From: Eledone cirrhosa
Lineage: Eukaryota
Length of the DNA stretch: 64,000 nucleotides
Reading direction: 5' to 3'
NCBI GenBank assembly: GCA_964016885.1
Contig: CAXHJY010001288.1
Coordinates: 1-64,000 of the forward strand
Shown: in pieces, positions 23,328 through 34,691 of the stretch
Layout of the letters: each line of letters begins with the position of its first letter
Numbering within the stretch: position 1 is the first letter of the stretch
Translations under genes and position numbers: made by a program
The notes under the pieces: model-generated
The model's database searches: none
What the model was told of the DNA's origin: nothing
What the model saw: the letters and a program-made list of their open reading frames with translations, nothing else

Positions 23328-24274
23328 TGTACCCCTTCCATACACATGCACACATGTGTGTATCATGACTCGTGCACTGTTCATTTTACTGATGTTTGTG
23401 CATTGCCCTATGTACTGTACATGCACTTTTTTGATGAGTTGTGGTGCACCTGGGCACTGTGCACAATATTTCGTTATTGTTATTATATCATGACTCATAC
23501 ACTGTTTATTTTCCTGACATTTGTACATTATTCTATGTACTATACATGCACCTTTGATGAGTTGTAGTGCACCTGAGCACTGTACACAATAATTTCATTA
23601 TTATTATTATTATCCCGTACAACCCATACCAGCATGGCAAAGTGATTGTAAAAATAATGATGTTGACGATGGTTGTTTTCTTCATTTATCTTCTTAGTTC
23701 TATGCTAGACCAATACTGAGATTTCTCAATGTTTTTCATTTGACTTTGAATTTCTCAATAGACATATACCACCTTTTTGAAATAAAAACTGAATACTTCC
23801 TTATGTGTAACTTGTCCTCATCCATGCTTTACTGAGCTCATAGCAGGGTAATTTTCCCCATCTTACAACCTCCATTATACTGAATAGACCAAAGTAGCCT
23901 CATAATTTGAGCAAAGGTTTTCTGTTTGAGTGTTTAACAGGTCACATTCATCTTATCAGAGCTTTCATTTTGTATGAGATAGCTAGATTTCAAAAATCTG
24001 ATCTAATCTTTTCATCTCAAATTCTTTAGTCTTTTTCACATTCAACATTCAACTAACATATGTTTATAGTATTGTATTTCTTCAAGAAGTATATTTTATT
24101 TGCTACTTGGACTGTCAATGGTGTGCGGAGTGGAAAGACTACAAATTAGGGTAAAGCTTGATACATGGTATGATGCAGAGTGAGTATAATGAAAGGGTAG
24201 AATCCCAACAATGAACCCAGCTGTTTTAACTTCCATTCCATAAGCATTTATATTTTTAACCACTCTCTTTGAAG

Positions 24275-24353
24275 GATGTGAATATTTTTGAAAAGCTGAT
24301 AAAAGATGATATTGCTGCTGCCAAAACACCAGTCCTTTTGGTTGCATATGCTG
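24275..24353 (+). CDS. PDXDC1: PDXDC1 exon (DVNIFEKLIKDDIAAAKTPVLLVAYA+G)
   Basis: ctctttgaag| acceptor and |gtaggt donor. Group II PLP-decarboxylase-type LEKLIxxD...P..VA.AG motif. Confidence 0.92.
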
Positions 24354-24958
24354 GTAGGTAATAATATATTTTTTGTTGCTTTCATTTTAAAATGAATATC
24401 AAAGCTAATTTGAATTAGCTGAATTCAGTGAAAATCTAAAAAAAACTGAAATTAACATAGTTTTAAATTTTATTATTGTTCAATTCTAAATTACCAAAAA
24501 TTATAATTATATATCATATTTGCAATTTTTCACAAATTTTATACTTTCAATTTCATCATCATCATTATTTATTAGTGTGTATTTCCTTAGCTTCTAAAAA
24601 ATTGTTAGGATGTTTGGATATTTAAAAATTTATAAAAACATGAGCAACTTAAAATTTAGCTGTTTTTATGTGATACAAAATAAACATTTTTCATTTTAAA
24701 AGTTTTGACTTTTACCAAAATGATATCAGTATTCAAGATTCTTATCTGTTGAATAGATGCAGTGCTGAACACAGATAAATATAACATTGATTTTAGCTTG
24801 CAGTTTGCTTTTAGGCAGAACTTTCTTCATATCATTTCACATGTCCCTCAGGTGAAAATGTAAATCACTTGATAAGAAAAGATAAAAAACTGCAAAATAC
24901 TTATTTGAAAAGCATTAAAAATATTATAACAATGTAAAGAAAAGCAAGCCATATTCAT

Positions 24959-25183
24959 TTAACCCTTTAGTTACCAACCCAGCCAAACCGGTTCTGGTTC
25001 TATGATATAAAGCCACCAATTTTAAAGGTTTCCAATTTTAATTAAAATCTTCTAACATAATTTTATATTAGTTATTATCTTACTAATGAAATAATTAATA
25101 ATTTTAGTAAATCCCTCAAAATTCTTCATTAGTTAATTGAAATAGAGTGTATCTCATTAGAAATGTGGTCATGAAAGGGTTAA
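24959..25183. mobile_element. piggyBac-type MITE, second family
   Basis: TTAA-CCCTTTAGTTACC ... GGTCATGAAAGGG-TTAA. Confidence 0.7.
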
Positions 25184-25543
25184 GCAACTGACTGTGCTAA
25201 TATAAATGTTGTAAGAGGTGACTAACTGTGTTGGCATCAAGGAGGGCATTTGGCTGTAAAACATTGTCTCAAAACATCCTGTCCAACCCATGCTGGTATA
25301 GAAAAGTGGACATGAAAACAATGATAATTAGACTTTATAAATGAAATGTTTTTTCTTTTTCATCTTTTCACAATATCATTTTCATATGAAATGTTAGAAA
25401 ATGTGTTTTTCTTTTCATAATTGATTGGTTATATTGATCAGGAACTGTTCAGTTATATTATAGTTCAAGACAGAATGAAACAATCTAGAACATTGTACCT
25501 TGCAGTGACTTTTACAAGTGATTTCTTTGTTTTCTTTAACTAG

Positions 25544-25628
25544 GTACCCCTCTTTCAGGGCAGGTTGATGATTTGGTTAAACTGTGGGAAATATGTAATA
25601 ATAATGGTATTTGGTGTCATATTGAAGG
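25544..25628 (+). CDS. PDXDC1: PDXDC1 exon (GTPLSGQVDDLVKLWEICNNNGIWCHIEG)
   Basis: aactag| acceptor and |gtaagt donor. GT...G.VD...IC...GIW.H.EG motif. Confidence 0.93.
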
Positions 25629-26828
25629 GTAAGTGTTTCAGGTATTAGTCAACTTTTTTTGTTGTAATCTTTAATGTTGAAACATTCACCACCATACAGT
25701 ACTCCTTAATGGAGTTTTCATATCTGTACCAACACTGATATTGACATTTTTCAGAGAATATTCTGACCTTCACTTTCACTTCATCACTTACCGTATATAC
25801 TCAAATATAAGTTGACTTCTATTTTATGTCTGAGAAATACGCTAAAATTTAAACCCTGTCTATTAGCTGAGGCAAGTAATCAACACATTATGTTTAGATG
25901 GTGCTGTTTTAAAATTCTCATGAGTATAAAATATATTTATGAAGTTTTAATATTTTCCTATTTAAAATGTTTTGTTTCACAACTCCATTACGTAATAATT
26001 CTTAACCAATTTCCAACTGTTTTGAAGGCCATATTCATTCAAAACATATAAAAAAACAATAGGAAATATAAATTTCACGTCAGAAGTGAAACTGGTGTAA
26101 TATTCACTGCCAAAACGAAAATATTTTAGCACATCATTTACATAAAATTTTGAAGTTGATGAAAATCGATAAAAGTTTGACCTTGAGCATAACACCCCAA
26201 TCCTTTTTATCATTGTTTTTTTCATCCTTTTTATCATTGTTTTTTTGTCAGATATTTGTCAGCTTATATATGAGTTTATATGGTAATTATAAAGTTTTGA
26301 TAATTTTTAATTACATTTGGTAATTGAATAGTAGATTATTCCTAATGTTGGGAATCACATAAAAGGCCATAAAATAGTCATTAGGACTATTATCACCATC
26401 ATTATTATCAATATCAACATCATATTTGTCATCATTATCTTCATCTATGTAACTCATATAGTGTTATTTAACCGCCATGGCTTACATTTCAGTGGCTTAC
26501 ATTTCAGTCATCAATGTATGTAATTGTTATTCATTCTTACATTTCTACATTATTACCATTTCACCTCTTCACCCACATCTAACCTGCCTCTCTTCCCCTA
26601 TGTTATTCTACATTATTACCATTTCACCTCTTCACCCACATCTACCATGCCTCCTCTTCCCCTATATTTTTCTACATTATTACCATTACTTCATTACTTC
26701 ACTCATATCCAGAATGTGTCTGCAACAATTCATCAATTCTAATCTTTTGTTCAAAATTACAAACAGCTGTAATAGAATGTTATATGTCTTAGAGAGACAG
26801 AGATCCCAAATTGTAACATAGGAAGGTA

Positions 26829-27170
26829 CATCATCATCATCAACATCCTTGTTTTACATCAGCTTCTCCAAGCTTACATGGGCTGGACAGGTCTTTTCCA
26901 GCACAGTATCCCTTCACTTGTTGCAGCTCTACGTCATCTCCTCTGTGAGCTTCAGTGATTTGGGATCACCTCTCACAACATCTGTTTAGGTCTTCCATGG
27001 TCTTCCTCTACTGTAGCTTCTTTCCTCTGAGATTTCTTCACACATCTTCATCTAACGATTATCATCCATACACATCACATGTCCATACCAGTGCAGTTTT
27101 CTCTCATGCACACTGCATCTAATTCCTCTCATAGCCATCTTTTCTCTCAACTCTTCCATTCTTTGTCATT
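26829..27170 (-). mobile_element. Degraded RTE 3' fragment
   Basis: (CAT)n tail on + strand followed by the reverse complement of RTE C-terminal sequence (catcacatgtccataccagtgcag). Confidence 0.75.
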
Positions 27171-27335
27171 GGATCAGTCAGTCTTGTTAATATTACTCTC
27201 CTCTAACTTCAGGTATATTTGGACTATTTTTAAAGTTCTTTTAACTTTCTGTAAAAAGATTGAATTTAATCTAGTTAATTTTTCTTTTCCTGTCAAAGAT
27301 GTGACTTATATCCTTTTCTAAATTTATAATTTCAG

Positions 27336-27456
27336 AAACAGTTTAGCATTCCTCACGTTATCAGCAGATCCATTAACAGAACAATGTCCTATGCTTGCTG
27401 ACAGCATCACAGTGAATCTGGGAAAATGGTTGGGTATTCTATCTTTACAGTTAATT
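27336..27456 (+). CDS. PDXDC1: PDXDC1 exon (NSLAFLTLS...ADSITVNLGKWLGILSLQLI)
   Basis: tttcag| acceptor. Ends at the U12-type donor |GTATCCTTT. Contains the ADS...KW motif at the PLP-lysine position. Confidence 0.9.
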
Positions 27457-27587
27457 GTATCCTTTGTGATTGTTTTCAGTCTTCTTAGACATTAAACAAA
27501 TGAACATAAATATTTTATTGAAGACTTCAGTTTCTAGTCCATGGCAGAACTTATAAAAATGCATGTGAAGACATCTGTTGGGTATCA

Positions 27588-28050
27588 GGTATGTAGCTTC
27601 TATAAGGGTAGGCCTGGTATGTAGCTTCTATAGGGGTAATCTGCTCAGTTTGTAGCTTCTATAGGGGTAAGCTGCTCAGTATGTAGCTTCTATAGGGGTA
27701 AGCTGCTCAGTATGTAACTTCTATAGGGGTAGGCCTGGTATATAATTTCTATAGGGGTAGGCTGCTCAGTATGTAGCTTCTATAGGGGTAAGCTGCTCAG
27801 TATGTAGCTTCTATAGGGGTAAGCTGCTCAGTATGTAGCTTCTATAGGGGTAAGCTGCTCAGTATGTAGCTTCTATAGGGGTAAGCTGCTCAGTATGTAG
27901 CTTCTATAGGGGTAAGCTGCTCAGTATGTAGCTTCTATAGGAGTAGGCTGTCCAGTATGTAGCTTCTATAGGGGTAGGCCTGGTATATAATTTCTATAGG
28001 GGTAGGCTGCTCAGTATGTAGCTTCTATAGGGGTAATTGCCCGGTATGAG
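27588..28050. repeat. 31-bp minisatellite, about 15 copies (GTATGTAGCTTCTATAGGGGTAAGCTGCTCA)
   Basis: Directly visible, with degenerate copies fading out on both sides. Confidence 0.95.
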
Positions 28051-28429
28051 GCTTCTGAGTAGATGTCTATAGGGTACTAGGTATTTAGCTTCTGTGAAGT
28101 CATCTATAGGGATAAGGTATAGGTTCTGTGAATTTGGAGAAGGCATCAGGTATATAGTTTTTGACTTGAGATTTAGTTTTCTACTGTAGACATAGTTTTA
28201 TTAACTTTGTAGTGATGTTAATGCCAGATATTGTTGTACCATCTCCTCTAACAGCTGAAGCTTCTTGCCTAAAAAAGAAAACCTCACCTGTTGCAATATC
28301 AACGATTTGAAACCCTGAGTCAATTATATTTTCATGTATTATATGAGGTTATTTTGGTCGATTGTTATCTCAATAACAACCTATTCTGTTGACACATGGA
28401 AGAGTACTGCTAGAACGGAAAAACAGTTT

Positions 28430-28800
28430 GATACTTTCTGACAAAGATGATACCTTTGAGAGATCCTCGGTATTAAATGGCAAGACAAGATCACAAACAA
28501 AAATGTGTTTTAAGAGCCAATGCCACCACACCTAAGTCTTGTCATCAACAGCAGAAAAATGCAGGTAGCAGGGCATGTCTTAAGAATGGGGGACAATATA
28601 TCAGCAAGATAGGCAATGTCATGGTTGCCAACTGTTGGGAAAAGAACAATGGGTAGGTCAAAGAAGACCTGGAGTTCCACCCTAAAAGATGACCTGCTCA
28701 GGTGTGGCACAAACTGGTTTCAAGCACCAACCCTTGTCAGAGACTGAGATGGAAGAGCATAGTGGCCTGTTGCTGTGAGGCTGGAGGAACTAGATGAAGT
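28430..28800 (+). mobile_element. Degraded RTE C-terminal fragment
   Basis: Translates to RKMQVAGHVLRMG...GKRTMGRSKKTWSSTLKDDL. Confidence 0.65.
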
Positions 28801-29807
28801 ATGATGGCTGCGTAATTATATAGCTTGATTATTAATTACATAGTAGTGAGTTCAACAACTAATACAGCCATCTTGTTGTGCATTTAATCAGGGGCCATAA
28901 CTCTGAATCTCCAGATTCCCTTGTTACTTACAGATTCTTAACTTTACAGCTAATTGTCTAATGGTAGAACAGATATCTTAGTCGTAGAAGCAGTTATCTA
29001 AATCTATGTAACTAAATCATAATCTGCACTGATCAGGCTACTGGTACAAACATCAAAAGTAGTACAGAAATAATAATTGTTTCTACTTTAGGCACAAGGC
29101 CAGCAAATAACCCAGTGCATTACTGGTACTTTATTTCATCGACCCCGTAAGGATGAAAGGCAAAGTCAACCTCGGCGGGAGAAATAATAATGATAATAAT
29201 GTGTTTGACGCATCAGCTTTTGACACATCAATTTGAAGGGAAGAGGGAAGCCGATTAAATTGACTCCAGTGCATTACTGGTACTTTATTTTATTGACCCT
29301 AGAATGATGAATGGCGAAGCTAACCATGGTTGGATTTGAACTAAGAATGTAGAAAGTCATAAGTAAATATCACACCATTGATGTTGTCAATGCACCACTC
29401 TAGAAATATTAATAACAACAATAATAATGATTTCTAAAATTGGGATATGGCCAGGCATGTTTTGAGATAGGTATCATTGATCAAATCAACCTAGTACTTA
29501 ACTGGTGTACTCATTGACGTTTTCAAAAAAATTTTTAGTGACTTAAATTTTCCTTATTTGGAGAAACAATATCTACCAATCAGTAGTGACTCACAAAGGC
29601 AGGGGGAGATAATTTTGAAAAACTATAAATTTATTAATAAAAAAATTATCTTATAATCTGACTATAATATGTTATTTTTATTTGTGAGGAACTTTAAAAT
29701 GTTTTTTAAAAATGTTTTTCTAATATAACACAGATATAAAATTGATATTTTCTTTTTCTCTTAAAAAAAACCCAACAACATGATTTTCCTTAACAAAGCT
29801 ATTTTAG

Positions 29808-29963
29808 ACTCTTTACAAATGTGAAGACACAACAATGGCATATATGGCTGGGATGAATTCATTTAATATTGTATCAAAGCTTTCTTGTTTACCTCTGTGG
29901 ATATGTCTTCAAAGTATGGGATATGATGGAATCATTAAAAGAATTGAGTCATCCTTTCATTTG
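29808..29963 (+). CDS. PDXDC1: PDXDC1 exon (TLYKCEDTTMAYMAG...LPLWICLQSMGYDGIIKRIESSFHL)
   Basis: attttag| acceptor and |gtaagt donor. Matches recalled TLYKHDD...LPLWLSLQYLGLDGFVERI. Confidence 0.94.
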
Positions 29964-30354
29964 GTAAGTGTATTATTTATAATACCAAATGGCTAAGGTA
30001 TTCACTTCATCTTTTATTCACATCATCATCACATCATTTTATATTACGATCCAAATCAGCTAGTATTTAGAGTTACTACCTTCCTAGACAGGTTGGTGTA
30101 TCATGTCTTACTTGAATGCTTCATACGACATAGTTTCTATATCTGGATGACTTTCCTAACACCAATCATTTTATAGAGTGTACTGGGTGCATGTTATTGT
30201 GGCAGTAGCGCTAGAGCAGTTGTTATGTCCTTGACAAGACTAAAGAGTCTATATCTTTAGTTGAATTCTATTTTTACTCAACTGTAGTTAAAGAAAGATT
30301 TTGAAAGTATAAATGGATTTGATAACTGAATATATATCTCAATATATAATACAC

Positions 30355-30680
30355 TTATGTGCTGGTTCTACAATAAAAAGCACCCAGTCCACCTTGTAAT
30401 GTGGTAGTGCTGGTGCCACAATAGGAAATACCCAGTCCACCCTGTAAGGTGGTAGTGCTGGTTCCACAATAAAAAGCACCCAGTCCATCTTGTAATGTGG
30501 TAGTGCTGGTGCCACAATAGGAAATACCCAGTCCACCTTGTAAGGTGGTAGTGCTGGTTCCACAATAAGAAGCACCCAGTCCACCTTGGAATGTGGTAGT
30601 GCTGGTGTCACAATAGGAAATATTCAGTCCACTTTGTAAGGTGGTAGTGCTGGTGTCACAGTACACGCTGTAAAGTGGTT
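30355..30680. repeat. 48-bp tandem repeat (alternating A/B units) inside a SINE/RTE-tail element
   Basis: Unit aataaaaagcacccagtccaccttgtaatgtggtagtgctggtgccac, 6-7 copies. Related, more degraded units at 37440-37800. Confidence 0.9.
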
Positions 30681-31153
30681 GACATTTGAAAAGGCATCCA
30701 GTCATAGAAATCAAGCCAAAAATAGTTCTATTAATTTTGTCTTATTTTGTATTATATTATCTGACCCATTGTCAGCATGGAAATGATGATGATGATAAAT
30801 TGGTTTCTAATTTTGGTTCAAGGTTGGCAATATTTTTTGGGGGGAACAGAAAGTTGATTACATTGACCCCAGTATTTGACTGGTACTTTATTTTATCGAT
30901 CTCAGAAGGACGAGAGGTAAAGTTGACCTCAGTGGGATTTGATTTCAGAATGTAAAAAGCTTGAACAAATATTGCCGAGTACTTGTCTGATGCTCTAACA
31001 ACTCTGCCAACTCTCTATAATAGTATTCTACTATTATAGTGGAATAGAATATAATCAGGTTGTAATGAAAGACTTAGATATTTAATAATATACCACTACT
31101 ACAGCCATCACTGGCAATCGAGTATGATTTGGTAGTATGTACGATGCTTTCAC

Positions 31154-31560
31154 TCTTCTTCTTCTTCTTCTTCTTCTTCTTCTTCTTCTTCTTCCCCCAC
31201 TTATTCCTGATAGGTTAGTGGGAGAAGAGTCCTCAAACACTACTTCCTGTCAGAAGCAACCTATCTCCAATTGATCTGGCTTGATCCCCAAGCATAACCA
31301 TCTTACTTGGGGTCTACGCCTGGGTCTCTTGCCGGTTGGTTTTGCCTGTAAAATCTGTCCAGTGATTCTTTTCTGAGACATTCTAACCACATGCCCATAG
31401 TATCAGAGCTGTGATCTCTCAATTCGGAGAAGTAGCGTTTCTACCCAAGTTACTCTGTTGAATAATGTTACTCCAAAGACCCTTCAGAGGAACCCCATTT
31501 CGGCCGTTTGTATTCACGATCATATTCTTTCGGTCATTACTCAAAATTCATGATCATAGG
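31154..31560 (-). mobile_element. RTE-type LINE 3' fragment with (AAG)n tail
   Basis: (CTT)n on + strand followed by the reverse complement of the LLRIERSQL..YGHVVRMSQ...PTGKRPRRRP pattern. Confidence 0.75.
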
Positions 31561-31584
31561 TTTGTTAATAAAATAATAATAATA

Positions 31585-31972
31585 GTGGAGGCTCATGGCT
31601 TAGTGGTTAGAGCATTGGCCTTGCAATCGAAAGGTTGTGAGTTCAATTCTCAGACCGGGTTATGTGCTGTTTCCTTGAGCAAGACACTTTATTTCACATT
31701 GCTCCAGTTTACTCAGCTGTAGAAATGAGATGATAGGGACTGGGGTCCCTAACATGCCACTGCAAAGTGGTCATGGAGGTGCCACGGCAAAAAAGCACCC
31801 AGCCCACACTGTAAAGGGGTCGTGTAGGCGCCACGAAAAAAAAAGCACCCAGACTCACTGTAAATGAGGTTGGTGTTAGGAAAAGGTATCCAGCTGTAGA
31901 AATCAAGCCAGAATCAGTTCCCGTCCCACCCTTGCAAGCAGGGAAAAGCGGACGTAAAAATGATGATGATGA
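31585..31972 (+). mobile_element. Composite tRNA-head SINE with RTE-related body and tail
   Basis: A box TGGCTTAGTGGTT, B box GAGTTCAATTC, central tccttgagcaagacactt, then sequence shared with RTE 3'UTRs and a (GAT)n tail. Confidence 0.85.
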
Positions 31973-31974
31973 GT

Positions 31975-32315
31975 CATGAAATTATTGTGTACAGTGCTCA
32001 GGTGCACTACAACTCATCAAAGATGTATGTATAGTACATAGAATAATGTTCAAATGTCAGGAAAGTGAACAGCATATGAGTCATGATATACATGTGTATG
32101 TGAGTATGGAGGGGGGAAATCAGGTGTAGTGTTGGCGAATTTCAGGAAGCATGGAGGTTTTAAAGGATGCAGTGTCTCGACAGCTAACAACTAATGCAGG
32201 TAGTTTATTCCGTGCTTCAGCAACTCTGAGCGTGAAAAAATGTTTCCGAATGTCATGGGAGCTGTGCTGTTTTCTGACTTTGTAGGCATGCCCACGTGTG
32301 TTAGACACATGGAAT
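31975..32315 (-). mobile_element. 3' fragment of the same CR1/L2-group LINE family as 18324-23613
   Basis: SNTRGHAYKVRKQHSSHDIRKHFFTLRVAEA...RQHYT matches the ORF2 C-terminus. The 3'UTR also matches. Confidence 0.92.
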
Positions 32316-32388
32316 GTTACTAACCTTCAAATTAATGAATCTGTTTTATTCATAACCATCTTTCCATGTTTTCATTTCTTTCTTGCAG

Positions 32389-32439
32389 TGTTGTTTAATG
32401 TTGGAGAAGTTAAGAAATTTACCAAACATAAAGATTGTG
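32389..32439 (+). CDS. PDXDC1: PDXDC1 exon (CCLMLEKLRNLPNIKIV)
   Basis: Strong pyrimidine tract with ttgcag| acceptor and |gtaggt donor. 51 nt, phase 0/0. Aligns with recalled SQRLQESLKKVNYIKIL. Confidence 0.8.
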
Positions 32440-32441
32440 GT

Positions 32442-32475
<34 letters not shown>

Positions 32476-34279
32476 TATAATTAATCTATATTTTCTTTTG
32501 TTTCACATTTTCAATTACTTTACATTTGGTAAGTGGTAGGTAGAGTAGTGTTTCTTGCCTAAGAGCTGAACCCAGAGGTCAACTTTATGATTACTAAACC
32601 AGTTTGTTACATTTCTTTAAGCCCGACCCTACAAAGAAGCCTCTATATAGTTGATTGACCTATCAGAAATAGTAGGCAAATCTCCCTCGAATCACACTCT
32701 TTCCATCTTTTAAAAAAGACATATTGGATAATGTAGTTTTAGATAACCAATTTCTGAAATAGAATGGTAAGAATGCCTTTGATTATAGGTCTACTAAACA
32801 ACAATTTCTTACTACCCACATCTCCATAATTTATCAAATAACCATGATTTAATCCATTCTATCAAATGATTTATTTACTAGGTGTGTATCTAGTATTTAC
32901 TAGGTGTGTATCTATCTGTTTATTTGTTTGTCTGTCTATCTAACTATTTGTTTATCTGTCTATTTATCTGTCTCTCAGTCTGAATAAGAGCTTTTTAAGA
33001 GAGTGAAAATGGGTAGTTGTGGCATTTTTACCATTCCCAAATTCTTTAGTGTAAGTGAAACAGATTGGTGTTAATTTTCTATGAAAACCAGATTGTAAGT
33101 TTGGCTAAATGAGAGAGCAGCAGCAACAACAACAACAACAAACAATTGTAGCAGCAGTGTAGTAGTAACAGAAGCAGTGTTGTTTTACTGTCCGCTCCTC
33201 CACATAGTTTTTTTGCCCCAATTCACCTGTGATCGAGCAGGCTTATGATGATAGCATTCTATATATAGCTGGGCCCCCTTTATCTCCTGGCAACCAATAT
33301 TTTTAGACCCAGTCCGCCACTGCGTACACCAGGTCCGAACACAGTTGAGCCGAAATCCCACTGTCATCGCATCCATCTCTCTCGCCCTCCCCATCTCTCA
33401 CTATTATGAGCAAATGAGGTCCCACGCGCTGGCTACCCCATGGCTCCGGCGGACAGATAAGAGAAGGCGTTTCCTCGGGGATGGTAAGGGAGATGCGCTG
33501 GAAGAGCTATTGCATCTCACGAGGCTCACACCTGCGGCTCGCCAGCTCAGCGCCTATGGTGGTAAGTAGGGAGGTAGCCCTAGGGCCAAGGACACCAGAA
33601 GTCTCCACATAGTTGATTCACTAAGAGCTACAGAAGTATGCCCTGGCCATATGATAACTCCATTTTGTTTGTGATAACAACCCTCTCTGTTACTTCCCTT
33701 CTTTTTTACTTGACTCTCTCTCTCAGTATTCATTAAGTTCACATTAAATCTTAACATCTTGTTTTGATTTAGTAGAAAATATCTAAAAGTGAGTTTGTTA
33801 TTTAAATATTTTTTAGCACCTTTATTAGTGGACAGATCATGAAAGTTTGCAGTAAGCTAAATGAAATGAGGAAAACTAGCCGTCAAAATCAGCCTGCGCT
33901 GAAAGGAGTAACTACTAATAAGACTGTCTGTATCAGAAGTCGTTTACTGTAGACAAAAGGTGTATTAAATAGCATAACCATACTGGGGAGGGAGTCACAA
34001 CCATGTGACTGTGTTTTGTTAGACATGCAGGTGTTTTAAGATCTGGGATGTACCAGACTCATCTGACTAGATGTGGTGGTGGTGGTGGTGGGTGGCACTC
34101 ATGTGGTTATGTGATAAATAAGACAATTGAATGAAGGAGATTACATATTCAACCTTGAAGAAAATATGTCCAGAAAATATTTTGAATTCAGCACATCACA
34201 TATGCACATATCCAGGCATATCAATTCATGCAGACATTATCCCATACATACACTAGTATCATTTCATAATATATGCATC

Positions 34280-34595
34280 CACACACACACACACACTTCT
34301 GTACCAACTTACACATGCACACATCAACTTACACATACACGTGTACTGTTTCTTATTCACATTTGCATCAACTCATAAATGTGCATATCAGTGTGTATAC
34401 ACACCAATTCACATGCTCACACTAACTCTCTCACACACTGCAATTCATACACACACATACTGCAATTCATACACACACTACAATTTATTCATACACACAC
34501 TACAATTTATACACACACACACACACTGCAATTCATACACACACACACTGCAATTCTAACACACACACACTGAAATTCACACACATACACACACT
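34280..34595. repeat. (CA)-rich compound repeat with tgcaattcatacacacacac units
   Basis: Directly visible. Confidence 0.85.
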
Positions 34596-34691
34596 TATTG
34601 ACTGACGTACTATTTTATACACATGCATGTATCTGTTCACATGATAATGTAAATAATAAGTTTGTTTGTCTTTCTTCCATTGTTTCTGAAG

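Larger units (their letters stand above)
18324..23613 (+). mobile_element. Full-length, apparently intact CR1/L2-group LINE (5.29 kb)
   Basis: About 0.8 kb 5'UTR, ORF1, ORF2 (APE+RT), 3'UTR and (TTA)n tail. Boundaries are defined because it splits a short repeat (aacacat|cccgtacaacccat) whose uninterrupted relative lies at 25208-25330. Confidence 0.92.
27457..29807 (+). promoter_or_regulatory. U12-type (minor spliceosome) GT-AG intron
   Basis: 5' splice site GTATCCTTT (27457-27465), branch site TTTTCCTTAAC (29784-29794) 13 nt before the terminal AG end (29807). Reading frame is preserved across it. Confidence 0.9.

Noticed and set aside
30339-30714. Repetitive-peptide ORFs on the - strand
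   Set aside because: A consequence of a 48-bp (multiple of 3) tandem repeat derived from a retroposon UTR.
31585-31660. tRNA gene
   Set aside because: A and B boxes are present but there is no complete cloverleaf or acceptor stem, and the sequence continues into SINE body. The same applies to 46451-46540.
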